This document shows positions 38,413 through 50,620 of a stretch of 64,000 bases of DNA, in pieces. The notes beneath the pieces are model-generated. The model did no database searches and was not told the origin of the DNA. It saw only the letters and a list, made by a program, of their open reading frames with translations. Position numbers and translations under genes: made by a program. Numbering within the stretch: the first letter of the stretch is position 1; every line of letters starts with the position of its first letter. Source of the stretch: Octopus bimaculoides (lineage: Eukaryota). The stretch lies in assembly GCF_001194135.2 (NCBI RefSeq), contig NC_068987.1, positions 46,141,808 to 46,205,807 of the forward strand, read 5' to 3'.

Positions 38413-38742
38413 TCGACACCGAAAGTTTTCACGTTGCTTAGAGACTAAACATTATTCGCCTCGGTGACGTCATTATGTTTAGGTCATTCGATATTCTTGT
38501 TCTCATTTTTTTCCGACGAGGAACATCTTTAATTGAATAACGAAAACAGCATAATATTATTTTTTCCGAAAGTTAAAATTCAAAAACTATTGATGCGCAT
38601 CTCCTGAAAAATACTATCTGCGCAGTCCAGACAATCTCAGAAATGCAATGGTAACAATAAAGTGAAAACACGGGGCCTTAAATTACAAACTCTATTTCAA
38701 CTTACGGAGCTCCTAATTTCCGTGAGTTACAATATGGCGGCC

Positions 38743-38743
<1 letters not shown>

Positions 38744-38825
<82 letters not shown>

Positions 38826-38826
38826 A
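38744..38826. repeat. (ATA)n(ATG)n microsatellite
   Basis: Direct inspection; forms the tail of the adjacent minus-strand SINE. Confidence 0.95.
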
Positions 38827-38950
38827 ATTGTTTCAAATTTTGGAACAAGGCCAGCAAGTTCGAGTAAAGGATTAAATTAATTACATCGACCTCAGTGCTG
38901 AACTGGTACTTATTTCATCGACTCCGAATGGATGAACGGAAAAGACGATC
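38826..38950 (-). mobile_element. SINE family A, 3' part
   Basis: TTTCAAATTTTGGAACAAGGCCAGC...ATCGACCTCAGTG...CTGGTACTTATTTCATCGACTCCG. Confidence 0.78.
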
Positions 38951-38984
38951 CCGATAGAACAGTAGTAGTAGTAGTAGTAACAAC

Positions 38985-40830
38985 ACTAGCCATGAACAAG
39001 GTAGCACGAGTAATCATAAAATATATAAAACATTCCATGAATAAATGGCAGACAGTGCTACAGCTTCAGTCAAAAGAGGGTCTCATAAAAACCAAAGTCA
39101 TCCCCATTAGAAGAGAAATATTCCAGGGAGACACGCTCTCTCCACTCCTTTTCTGCTTGGTACTGACACCTTTATCTGACATGCTAAATAGAAATGGATG
39201 CGAATACAGCTGTTACAACAAAACAATCAACAATTTCTTGTATATGGATGATCTAAAACTATGCTACAAATGGTAAACAGCTGGAAACATTTCTACAGTC
39301 ATTACATGGATTTGCCAAAGAAATGAACATGAAATTTGGATTAGAAAAATGTGCCAAAGCAACCTTGAAAAAGGAAAACTAGTTAAGAGTAGCAACATTG
39401 CACTAGACAAAGCCAATGAAATAAGAGAATGAGACCAAAGCCAGACATACAAATATTTAGGAGTCAATGAACTAGATACGATGCAACATACACAAATGAA
39501 AGAGAAAATAAAGAATACTATAGACGAGTTAGATCAATACTGAAAACAGAGCTCAATGCGAAAAACAAGATAATAGGTATCAACACTCTAGCCGTCCCAG
39601 TTATAAGTTACAGCAACAATATCCTTAACTGGACTCTAAATGAACTAATCAAAATAGACAGGGAAACAAGAAAAATAATGATGGGATTTAGGATGCACCA
39701 CCCAAAATCTGACCTAGAAAGGTTATATATATACAATGTATCGAAGGTGGTAGAGGCCTTATACAGGTAGAAAACTATTATAAAACAACGACCATAGGAC
39801 TACACAAATACCTACTTCAGAAGCAAGGAAAACTAATACAAATAGCCACAAAACACGAGCAAAATAAAAAAACTGTTTCTTGTTTTTAAGAAAGCTGACA
39901 AATACAAAACAATAAAAAATGTCATAATACCTAACAACTATGAAGAAAAAGAAGAAACAACAAAATCTGTAAAACAACTGAAATCCAAACTAAGACTGGA
40001 ACAGCAACGTATCATGATAAAACGATGGCAAGAAAAGCCCCTTCATGGCGAATACTGGGTTAAGCCAAACAGAAAAGAAATAGGCAAAGCAAAATCCCAA
40101 CAATAGCTGAGAAGCTCAGGACCCAAAGCAGAGACAGAAAGATTTTTAACTGCAGCACAAGATCAAAGCCTTCCCACCAGAAATCACCAAAAACATGTAA
40201 TGAAAAGAAATACAAGTAACTGTAGAATATGTGGTGATGGAAAAGAAACAATAAATCATATTGTTTCTGGCTGCCCAGTCCTAGCTAAGAAGGAGTATAT
40301 TCACAAACACAACAAAGTTGGGACCTATATACACTAGAAGCTATGCAAGCACTATAGAATAACAACAGAAAAAGATGGTATAGGCACACCCCAGAAAAGG
40401 CCACAGAAAATGAGAAAGCAACCATACTCTGGGATATGCCAATACATACAGATAGAGAAATTAAGGCCAAAAGGCCGAATATAATTGTCAGAGATCACGA
40501 AGAAAAAAATTGCTTTCCCGTCGATATATCAGTACCAACAGACGAAAATGTTTCTCTAAAAGAACCGAGAAACTTTCAAAATACAAAGATCTGAAAATAG
40601 AGGTAACACAAATGTGGAGCCTAAAATCAGAAACAATTCCTATTATAGTAGGCGCATTAGGTACGATGAAAAACATTCAGACAAATACATAACAAAAACA
40701 CCAGAACTAACAAGTATATATAACATACAGTAAATAGCACAAGGCACCGCACACATCCTACGTAAAATACTTTCAATACATTGAAAATAAGAGCATCACA
40801 ACAAACTACAGCACAGTATAATGAACACAC
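38985..40830 (+). mobile_element. R4/Dong-clade LINE, 5' truncated: RT, CCHC and restriction-like endonuclease
   Basis: IFQGDTLSPLLFCL, FLYMDDLKL, CRICGDGKETINHIVSGCPVL, TILWDMPIHTDREIKAKRPNIIVRD and KYKDLKIEVTQMWSLKSETIPIIVGALG, in broken frames. Confidence 0.92.
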
Positions 40831-41031
40831 ATACATACACGCGCGCACGCACACATTTTATTGAAGTCGGTGTTTGAATTTTATACAAATTTGTAAGTAT
40901 GGACATTGTCATCGTACTGTGTTTTAAATAAGTGCATATTTGTTTCAATAATTAAAAGAACTAATCTACATAAAAGCTACGTTTTTTGTTTGTATATATT
41001 TATGCAAATATATATATATATGTGTGTGTAC

Positions 41032-41086
<55 letters not shown>

Positions 41087-41642
41087 CACATACATATGTA
41101 TACCTACATACACACAACACACGCACACACATATATATATTAGACATATTGTGCGTATATATTGAAAATAATCAATAACCATTATTGACTGTTAACTATA
41201 TTATAAGTGGTGTCTGTTTTGTGATTTTGGTCTATAAAGGCCAATTCTACCACCATCATCATCATCATCATCATCATCACAATCAATATCATCACAATCA
41301 ATATCATCATCATCGTCATCAACTTCATCTTTTCATCGTCGCCATCATCGTTGTCATCACGATTGTTAGTAGTTTACATTCGCAGCCTCTCCAATAAACA
41401 GAAAGATATTGGGACTTCTAATTAACTCTCTTAGCTTGTAGCCAAATCACATACGCACCCACCTGTGTCATCTTAGAAAAGAACAAAATAGATGGTCATT
41501 GCTGGAATGTCTTTGATAATAATTCTGCTCAAACAGCGATGTTTTTCAGTGGGCTGGCTCATTGTTATTTTCTTTACAGCTTCTGCACAAAAAGCTTCCT
41601 TCAACTGGACAGCAAATACTTATTGTTGTTATCGTTATTATT

Positions 41643-41780
41643 AAGGCGGCGAGCGGGCATAATTGTCGATACCCCATCTTTACGTTCTGAATTCATTCTT
41701 CCCCGGGGTCGACTTTGTTTCTCATTCTTTCGGAGTCGATAAAATATGTACCAGTTGAATACTATGGTCGATATAACAGC
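41643..41780 (+). mobile_element. SINE family A with internal deletion
   Basis: AAGGCGGCGAGC...GTTCTGAATTC...GGTCGACTTTG...TTTCGGAGTCGATAAAATATGTACCAG. Confidence 0.78.
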
Positions 41781-41931
41781 AAACAACCGATGAAGGGTCG
41801 TTCTTTTTGGTGTTTTTTGTTTTGTTTTCCATTTGTGCCTTTCGTTGTTCGAAAGAATAGTTCATGTTCCATGTACTTGTGCTTCGTACTTTTTTGTTGT
41901 ACACGTTTCGTGACGTCCTGTGCCCACATAT

Positions 41932-41934
<3 letters not shown>

Positions 41935-42029
<95 letters not shown>

Positions 42030-42040
42030 ATATATATATA
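41935..42040. repeat. (TA)n(TG)n microsatellite
   Basis: Direct inspection. Confidence 0.95.
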
Positions 42041-42852
42041 CACCTGCCTACCTACCTCTCTACCAACTACCTACCTACCTACTTTGCTACATGCATACGT
42101 ACATACATTAGTAAAATGATTTCTTGGCTAAATTCTTCAAGAGCCACATACTTCTTCCACCTATTTTCTTTTACTTGGAGTTTACTAGTATCTATATATC
42201 TTCTGGGTTCAGAAGTCTAGCAAAAAGAGTTACTGCTGTCATCGTTGGTACTTGCGATATTACATTATAAAATTTGTCACTTTTTCTTTTGATCTCTAAC
42301 TGTAACTTCCTCCTAATGACAACGTCTGCGTATTCAGTTCCAATTTTTGTCTGTTTTTTTTTTCTTTCTTTTTACCGTCTCTTTCTGCAACCGTTTATGG
42401 CACGAATTCATTCGCACCATTACAGAAGTGGCTATCGTGTACCATTAGTGAACAAAGCAAAATGGACGCTTGCAGAAAAATATGTACACAATAAAAATGT
42501 GTTTTTTTTCCCTTTTCACTTGAATATTTGGAAGTGTTTTGCGGAAGAAAGAAAAACGAGACACACTTTTTCCCATTTATTAATTCCGAAAGAAATCACC
42601 TCCTAAATAGAGTTCTGTGAAATGCATGCGTCGACCACCATACCCACCATCAGCACCAACCACCGCCGCCGCCGCCACCACCAAAGAGAGAAAAATACCG
42701 TGGAGTATAAATATAAAATGCGTTTACAAATTACAATGGGAGGAGCAAGAGACGTTATGGAATGTTTTGAATGGCATACTAAGAATTTTAAAGGTGCACA
42801 GACATACATACACAAACACACACTTACACACACACATACACACATACACACA

Positions 42853-43002
42853 CAGTGTTCAACTGGTACTTATTTTATCGACCCAGAAAGGATGAAAGGC
42901 AAAGTTTACGACGGCAGAATTTGAACTCAGAAAGTAGTGACGGGCGAAATGCCGCTAAGCGTTTTGCCCGGTGTGCTGACGAATCTGCCAGCTCACCGCC
43001 TT
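42853..43002 (-). mobile_element. SINE family A
   Basis: CTGGTACTTATTTTATCGACCCAGAAAGGATGAAAGGCAAAG...GAATTTGAACTCAG...GCCAGCTCACCGCCTT. Confidence 0.88.
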
Positions 43003-43691
43003 AAATTTAAAACAATATAATGAATGGAAGGGAAATATAAAGGATTACTACTTAGGTTGAATTCGGGTGCTCCACGGCTTCGTTCATATAACCATTTCTT
43101 AAATTGTGAACCGAGTGCGGCTGACTGCACCAGTAAAGCATTTCTTGAGATATTTGATGTTCCTGTATGACTCTGTTGTGTTCGCGTATCTTACGATTTT
43201 GTAAATCCATTTTGACATCCCCAATATACAGGTCATTTGTTAAACCTGTTTGGACTTCCCTGCCATACCGCGATACAAATGTGACTATTACCCATGGATC
43301 TACATTGTTGTTAGTGTCTCTTGAAGTCCTTTGCGTTTCTTTGACCCATGTACTAAATCAAAAATATGTAGTCAGAGATATGTCTAACAATTCTGTGTGT
43401 TTTGGTTGATTCTTTAGTTTAAAGACACAGCAGACAGTGCCAGAGCTTTTGCCATTCTCAATTGAGAGAAACGTCTGATACGTTTTGGGAAGTCATGTTA
43501 TGAAGGAAAATTTAGTCGGCTTCCATTTTTCATTAAGCAGAAATACATTAATTTTTCTCTCTTCTGAACTATCTCCCGTGGCAAAGAAATGCTGTTCGGT
43601 TTTGAGGAATTCTCTGGCATACATATTTTTCTTGTAAGTGCGATAGATTAAAAAAGTCTATATGATCATTTTATATTAAAGGAAAGCTTAC

Positions 43692-43717
43692 CTTCATACA
43701 ACTGTTGTATGAACGGT
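43692..43717 (-). CDS. Candidate 26-nt micro-exon (..PFIQQLYE..)
   Basis: Strong donor AAG|GTAAGC, weak acceptor TACTGCAG. Phase-compatible with the 46583-46628 and 19095-19208 candidates. Confidence 0.18.
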
Positions 43718-43835
43718 CTGCAGTATTTGAATTCGTGTACAAGCTTTTGCTGTTCTTATTACTATTGCTGTCATTAGGATTACTTATCTGATTATTTGGG
43801 ACATTTTCTTCTTTCAACGTTCCTTTTCTTCTATT

Positions 43836-44260
43836 TCTTTTATACGTTTCAGCCCAAAGGTTGTGGCCATGCTGAACACTCCCATTGTAATCACCTTTTC
43901 AGCAGCCATTCTTATGCGATTTGCTTTTGGTGAAGGTGGAAGTTCGACACAGTTGCTCTCTTTTGAGTCTCCTGCCTTGATATTGGTTCATCTGGGATCT
44001 TGGACAGCAGGAGATCAAGATGTTTTTTAAAAACATCTACGCCTACTCCATGAAGATCCTTCAGATATTTTGGCAAAGCATTAAATAACTGTGGGCCATT
44101 GAATCCCGAGCCCCTGCAGTACATGGTCTTCACTCTAGACGGGATAGCTGGGATCTTTGGAACAGTGCAGTGACGTCCAGTTCGGAGGTTAGTATAACTC
44201 TTGATGCCAAAGTTTGTTGCCAACCTGTTCGCTATGATGTTAATTTTCTTCTCGTACATT
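43836..44260 (-). mobile_element. CR1/L2-group LINE 3' end with tail
   Basis: ORF 43912-44259 (GPQLFNALPKYLKDL..VDVFKKHLDLLLSKIPDEP...RATVSN) is a typical CR1/L2-group C-terminus, followed by the tail CAGCATGGCCACAACCTTTGGGCTGAAACG. Confidence 0.8.
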
Positions 44261-44579
44261 TAGCTGTGCGTTTTAATTTTGTTGCTTTTTAAAACCATTG
44301 TAGTGTTTTGTTGTGAAGCGTAATTATGCGTGGTAGCTATTCTGGATGTGAAAATGTAATGTGTTAAAATTTTATTTAAAAAGTTTATGAAACAAACCCT
44401 TCTTTTTCTGTTGCCTACCCACAAGTATGAAGGGCAACCCTTCCTTAAGCAATTACAATTCTACAAGTACTATATAAAATTTTCATTGGATCATACATCG
44501 TATTTCAAAGGGAGAATCAAAAATACATTTCCACACAAGAAGAATGAAATATGATAATAACAAAATTAATGCTTTCTAC

Positions 44580-44700
44580 TACAAGTACAAGGCCTGAAAT
44601 TTGAGGGGAAGAGGATTGTCACTTACACGGACCCCAGTGCTCCACTGGTACATATTTCTTCCTCTTCCTCCTGCTCCTCCTGCTCCTCTTCCTCCTCTTC

Positions 44701-44742
<42 letters not shown>

Positions 44743-44743
44743 T

Positions 44744-44787
<44 letters not shown>

Positions 44788-45845
44788 ATAATAATAATAA
44801 TAATAATAACAATAATATTAATAATAATGGTTTCAAATTTTGTCACAAGGCCAGCAATTTCGCCCCTATTCCTTAACTGGTACTTATTCCATCAACCTCC
44901 AAAAGGATGAAAGGCAAAGCCGACCTCAGCTGGATTCGAACTCAGAACATAAATTTGGAGGAAATGCCGCTAAGCATTTTGCCCAGCGTAGTGACGATTC
45001 AGCCAGCCAGCCATCTTTGTAATAATAATAATATCGTCAAGATGTGGCAGCTACGAGAGTCAAACATGAAGGTTGTCCTTGTTATCATCGGAGCATTGGG
45101 TTCAATACCACCCAACCTGAAGAAACATTTGGAAACTTTAGAAATACCCTATAATCTAGGTGTATTGCAAACATCGGCATTACTTGGAACTGCACGCATA
45201 TTGCATAAAGTAGTGTTTGTCTGAGGTCCTTGTTGTGACTTGACAAACAGTACAAAGCCCCGGTAGACACAATATCTTCAATCAACAACATCACGATATT
45301 GGATATTGGGCGACGTCTTAAATAATAATAATAATGATTTCTTTTAATAATAATAATCCTTTGTGCTAAAGGCACAAAGCCTGACATTTTGTGGGAAGGG
45401 ACTAGTCGATTACATTGACCCCAGTGTTATAATATTAACTCTTTCTACTATAAGCACAAGGCGCGAAATTTTAGGGTCGGGAGTAGTCGATTATATCGAC
45501 TCCAGTGTTTAACGGGTACTTATTCTATCGATCGGCGGAATTTGAACTTAAAAAGTAAGGAGCCAGAAGAAATGCAGCTCAGCGTTTTGCCCGATGCGCT
45601 AATGGTTCTACTAGCTAACGTTTCTATCGGCTCGCTGTCTTCTTTCTAATTTTAGCACAAGGCCAGAAATTTTGACTGGAACGTCGATTACATCGACACC
45701 AGTCTTTGATTGGTATTTTATTTTATTGGTCCCATAAGAGATGAAATGCATATTTGACCTCAGCAGGATTTGAGTTCAGAACGTAGCGCCGGAAAAAGTG
45801 CCACTAAGCAGTTTGTCCAACGCGCTAACGATTTTGCCAGCTCGT
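44580..45845 (-). mobile_element. Cluster of at least five minus-strand SINE-A copies or fragments interleaved with (CTA/TAA)n
   Basis: Copies at ~44580-44650, 44829-45016, 45355-45430, 45435-45630 and 45640-45845, all with GCACAAGGCC tails and/or CTGGTACTTAT...ATTTGAACTCAG cores. Confidence 0.82.
45034..45319 (+). mobile_element. R4/Dong-type LINE 3' fragment inserted in (AAT)n
   Basis: KMWQL...VVLVIIGALGSIPPNLKKHLETL...LQTSALLGTARILHKV, with (AAT)n on both sides. Confidence 0.78.
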
Positions 45846-46582
45846 CTGATAGTTAAAGTGCTATCAGAATTAATAAAACCTGATATATGACATTGACTTG
45901 GCAATGAATACTATAGGTCACGTCTGTTCAAATTGACAAGGTGGTTAAAATTTAAAAAAAAAAATAAACCCCAGTAGATATCATAAATGAAAGTTAGTAA
46001 ATGAAAACCTAAGTACTTTGATAACATAAGTTTTGAATTTACTAATTTTGATAGACATCTTGATCCCTTTCTTAACCAAAATGTAACCTGGAAGAAAATC
46101 GTAAAACTATAAAGGTACAAGAAACTTAAAAAAGAAATTTAAAATTTAGAATATGAAATTAAAGATGGGTTAATAATAATGTTACGCTCGCTGTGATTAA
46201 AAAAAAGGAGCATAAAGAAAAATATAAACATATTATTAGGTTGCCCGATTTTTATACACGATCTAAAATGTGGCTTTATACATATTTTAAGCAAAACACT
46301 TAAAATTTAGTAACAAAGCTCACACAAAACAGACAGTAAGCAATCACCTGATACTATAAACCCAAATCACACAAAACAGTTTTATTACACAATTGTCATC
46401 GCTACTCCTATTCGAACATAAGTCATGCAATGCATTTTCTCCACAGGGTCGTGTTATACACAACACAAGGCGTTCGCCTTAAGAGTTAAAGCCTGGTGAC
46501 ACTTCACAAATTCTGTATAACATTATTTCTTATTATATTTCTTCATTCAACAAAAATACAGAGAGGAAGAGAGCTCACTTAC

Positions 46583-46628
46583 AGAGCAGAAGTGATTGGA
46601 GGACGGATTTGGGGAAGAAAGGGATCAC
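46583..46628 (-). CDS. Candidate 46-nt exon (GDPFLPQIRPPITSA)
   Basis: Acceptor TATAACAG and consensus donor GTAAGT, open frame, unique sequence island between SINE clusters. Confidence 0.3.
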
Positions 46629-46908
46629 CTGTTATACAATTCGGCGTTAAACATTTAACTTGCCAAATAAACAGATTTATTAGCGATAGTTATGAAAATA
46701 ATACTATAGATTCCTGACGTGCTAGTTGATGGTAAATTTTCAACTGCGTTTTCCAGCTTGTTTGAAGGTCATTGCAAGAGGAATTTGCAGATAATATCAC
46801 GAGAAAGGTGGTCGAAAAATAAGTACCAGCTAAATACTGGAGTCGATGTAATCGATTTAACCCCCACCCACTCCTAAAATTGCTGGCTTCGTGCTAAACT
46901 TTGACACT

Positions 46909-46957
<49 letters not shown>

Positions 46958-46959
46958 CC

Positions 46960-47167
46960 AAGGCGGCGAGCTGGCAGAATTGTTAGCACGCCGGGCAAAA
47001 TGCTTAGCGCTATTGCATCCGTCTTTATGTTCTAAGTTCACATTCCAACGAAGTTGACTTTTATCCTTTCGGGTTCTGTATCCTAAATACCAGTCGAACA
47101 CTGGGGCTGAAGTAATCGGCTTACTCCCGCCCCCGAAATTGCAAGCCCTGTGCTAAAATTCCAAATC
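46960..47167 (+). mobile_element. SINE family A, near full length
   Basis: AAGGCGGCGAGCTGGCAGAAT...GTTCTAAGTTCA...TACCAGTCGAACACTGGGG...GTGCTAAAATT, preceded by (ATC)n. Confidence 0.88.
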
Positions 47168-47171
47168 ATCG

Positions 47172-47227
<56 letters not shown>

Positions 47228-47228
<1 letters not shown>

Positions 47229-47440
47229 AGGTGGTGAGCTAGCAGCAACGCGAGCACACCGGAAAAAATGTTTTGCAGGACACGTCTATCTGTACATTTC
47301 AAGTTCAAATTCCACCGAGGTGAAGTTTGTCTTTCATCTTTTCGGAGTCGATAAAATAAGTTCTAGTTAAGCCCTGCAGTCAATGTATTCGACTCACCCA
47401 CTCCCCTAAAACTGCTGGCCTTGTGTCAAAATTTGAAATC
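47228..47440 (+). mobile_element. SINE family A, near full length
   Basis: AAGGTGGTGAGCTAGCAG...AAGTTCAAATTCCACCGAGG...GCTGGCCTTGTGTCAAAATTTGAAATC. Confidence 0.85.
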
Positions 47441-47469
47441 ATAATTAATAAGAATAATGATAATAATAT

Positions 47470-47564
47470 TTTTGGCACAAGGCCAAACTCAGAACGTGAA
47501 GAAGGACGAAATACCGCTAAGCATTTAACCCGACATGCTAACGATTCTGTCAGCTCACCATCTT
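47470..47564 (-). mobile_element. SINE family A with central deletion (head fused to tail)
   Basis: TTTGGCACAAGGCC joined directly to AAACTCAGAACGT...CAGCTCACCATCTT. Confidence 0.72.
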
Positions 47565-48550
47565 AAGAAGAAGAAGGAGGAGGAGGAGGAGGAGGAGGAG
47601 GAGGNNNNNNNNNNNNNNNNNNNNNNNNNNNNNNNNNNNNNNNNNNNNNNNNNNNNNNNNNNNNNNNNNNNNNNNNNNNNNNNNNNNNNNNNNNNNNNNN
47701 NNNNNNNNNNNNNNNNNNNNNNNNNNNNNNNNNNNNNNNNNNNNNNNNNNNNNNNNNNNNNNNNNNNNNNNNNNNNNNNNNNNNNNNNNNNNNNNNNNNN
47801 NNNNNNNNNNNNNNNNNNNNNNNNNNNNNNNNNNNNNNNNNNNNNNNNNNNNNNNNNNNNNNNNNNNNNNNNNNNNNNNNNNNNNNNNNNNNNNNNNNNN
47901 NNNNNNNNNNNNNNNNNNNNNNNNNNNNNNNNNNNNNNNNNNNNNNNNNNNNNNNNNNNNNNNNNNNNNNNNNNNNNNNNNNNNNNNNNNNNNNNNNNNN
48001 NNNNNNNNNNNNNNNNNNNNNNNNNNNNNNNNNNNNNNNNNNNNNNNNNNNNNNNNNNNNNNNNNNNNNNNNNNNNNNNNNNNNNNNNNNNNNNNNNNNN
48101 NNNNNNNNNNNNNNNNNNNNNNNNNNNNNNNNNNNNNNNNNNNNNNNNNNNNNNNNNNNNNNNNNNNNNNNNNNNNNNNNNNNNNNNNNNNNNNNNNNNN
48201 NNNNNNNNNNNNNNNNNNNNNNNNNNNNNNNNNNNNNNNNNNNNNNNNNNNNNNNNNNNNNNNNNNNNNNNNNNNNNNNNNNNNNNNNNNNNNNNNNNNN
48301 NNNNNNNNNNNNNNNNNNNNNNNNNNNNNNNNNNNNNNNNNNNNNNNNNNNNNNNNNNNNNNNNNNNNTTAACTTGGAAAAATTCCATTAACTGTAATTA
48401 TCATTTACCATCACAGCCAGAAGACATGATGGTAAATAATAATTAGACAAGTCCTATGATTATTGTGGACAAAGAAAAAAAAATAGTGTAAAATCCATAG
48501 ACTTTTCAATACCATAAAATAGAGTATCTAATAAAGAAATCGAGAAATAT

Positions 48551-48940
48551 AGGCACAGGCGTGGCTGTGTGGTTAGAAGCTTGCTTCCCAACCACATGAC
48601 TCTGGGTTCAGTCTCACTGCGTGACACATTTGGCATGTGTCTTCTACTGTAGCCTCGAGCCGACCAAAGCCTTGTGAATGGATTTGGTAGATGGAAACTG
48701 AAAGAAGCTTAGCATTTGTATGTGTGTGTTTGTGTCTGCATTTGTACCCCACCACTGCTTGACAACAGGTGATGGTGTTTTACGTCCCCGTAATTAACGG
48801 TGCGACAAAAGTGATCGATAGAATGAGTACCAGGCTTAAGAAACAAATGTACTGGGATCGTTTCATTCAACTAAAAATTTCTCAAGGCGGTATCCCAGCA
48901 TGGCCACAGTCTGGTGACAGAAACATGATAAAAGATAAAA
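48551..48940 (+). mobile_element. SINE family B, full length
   Basis: AGGCACAGGCGTGGCTGTGTGGTTAGAAGC head, CCGACCAAAGCCTTGTGAATGGATTTGGTAG centre, CAGCATGGCCACAGTC...GAAACATGATAAAAGATAAAA tail. Confidence 0.92.
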
Positions 48941-48959
48941 TATAAAATATGGGGACCTA

Positions 48960-49570
48960 GCAAGAAAGATAAGAGGTTGCAAAAGACAAAATTAACAATT
49001 GTTCTTGTGGTAATTGATGCAATGGGCACAACACCCAGAATGCTAACGGAAAGTCTGAAGGAAACTGGAATTGAAACTAGCATTGTCGACCTGAAGAAAT
49101 GTGCCATCCTACATTCTGACAGATATGTTGTCAACTAACAGCGAGACAACATCTCTGCGACCATGAGATAGAGAATAGGAAGCTGGACATAGTTTTAATT
49201 GAGAAAGGAAACAAACTATGCTGGGTCATAGATATAGCATGCCCAGCTAAGAACAAGGTATGCGATAAGGAAAAAAGAAAAGTTGAGAGATATGATGGGT
49301 TAGCGTGGGAAGTTAAGTAGTTGTGGTCGATGAAAAAGGTAGCAGTAGTACCAATAATTGTCAGAGCCCTGGAAACAGTGAGCAAAAATCTCGAGAAGTA
49401 CGTGAAACAAATAGGGGCTGCAATAAGGGTGGAGCAATTGCAGAAAACAGCACTGCTTGGAACCGCTCGAATACTCCGGAAGGTGCTCGAAAAATAAGAG
49501 GTGTTACCTTAGTTCACTGGTAGTGAACAGCTGACACTGTAGTGCATCTCCAGCGTTGGAAGCTGTGCAA
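48960..49570 (+). mobile_element. Two RLE-type (R4/Dong) LINE 3' fragments
   Basis: TKLTIVLVVIDAMG..., then RKLDIVLIEK...IDIACP...AVVPIIVRAL...LQKTALLGTARILRKVL, ending in (AAT)n. Confidence 0.75.
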
Positions 49571-49598
49571 AGGCAATAATAATAATAATAATAATATT

Positions 49599-49895
49599 CT
49601 CCAAATATTCCTATCTAGTTACTTAATGAAAAGACCACTTTGCCATGAGGCTAGCAGTACAACGCCGAAGAAAGTTAAACATTTTTTCTTCCTCTTTTCT
49701 TTTCTTGTTTTTTTTTTCTGTTTATCTTCTCCAAATATTCCTATTTGCCATGAGACTAGCAGTACAACGCCAAAGAAAGTTAGTTAAACATTTCTTCTTC
49801 CTTTTTTTCTTTTGCTTTTTTCTTTTGTTTATCTTTTCCAAATATTCCTGTCCAGCTACTGTAATGAAAAGACCGCTTTGCCATGAGGCCGATGC
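49599..49895 (+). repeat. Partial triple tandem duplication (~110-130 bp units)
   Basis: CCAAATATTCCT...TTTGCCATGAG...TAGCAGTACAACGCC.AAGAAAGTT units at 49599, 49729 and 49836. Confidence 0.8.
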
Positions 49896-49984
49896 GAAAA
49901 CCACCACATCTTCCCCGTATTCAAACTGGGAGTGAGGCAATTATTTTTTCTTTTTTATTTTTTCCTTCGGTTAGGACGTAGGTG

Positions 49985-50620
49985 ACTAAACCGGTAACCC
50001 CGCAGAGCTTGCTCTGTGAGGAGGGTGTATGGTTCTTGCTATTTTGACACCCTACAAGAAGAAGAACAAACCTATATACAGGCTAATGAACACTTACGAG
50101 GCAACGGCCACCAAAATAGCATATACCTAAGAAACAGAAGCAGTTATAACGCTTGAAGACCCCTTCTAGGAGAAGGAAACTCCAAAAATTAAACCAGGAT
50201 TACAGGAATCCTATATCCTAGGGTGAAGATCCTGTCAGTGATGGTGTCACGGGAAAAAATACTGGTGGTTGCTGAAATGTCAAATAAAAATAGAAGTGAG
50301 AACAGCGTGAAAGAAATTGAGAGTTTGACGGCAACCGTGCAGATGATTAGCAAAGATATTGGCATAGAATTTGGGATCGAGAAATGTGGTGTAATGATTC
50401 TCAAAACGGGGGAAAATCAGTGAAAGTCATAGGATCAAGCTGGAAAGTGGTGAAACTATAAAGGAAGTCGGAGAGGAATGATATAAGTACCTGGGTATCA
50501 TTGAAAGAGATAAGATGACTGAACACATGATGAAAGAAATGTAGAGTATTTGAGGAAAACTCGGCTTATGCTCCAATCGAAGTTAAATGGCCGCTATAAA
50601 ATTAGAGCAATTAATACGTG
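49985..50620 (+). mobile_element. R4/Dong-type LINE RT fragment
   Basis: SLTATVQMISKDIGIEFGIEKCGVMILK, YKYLGIIE and SKLNGRYKIRAINT motifs. Confidence 0.75.

Noticed and set aside
13299-48700. tRNA-like A/B-box sequences
   Set aside because: All are SINE heads; none folds into a complete cloverleaf with an acceptor stem, so no tRNA genes are called.
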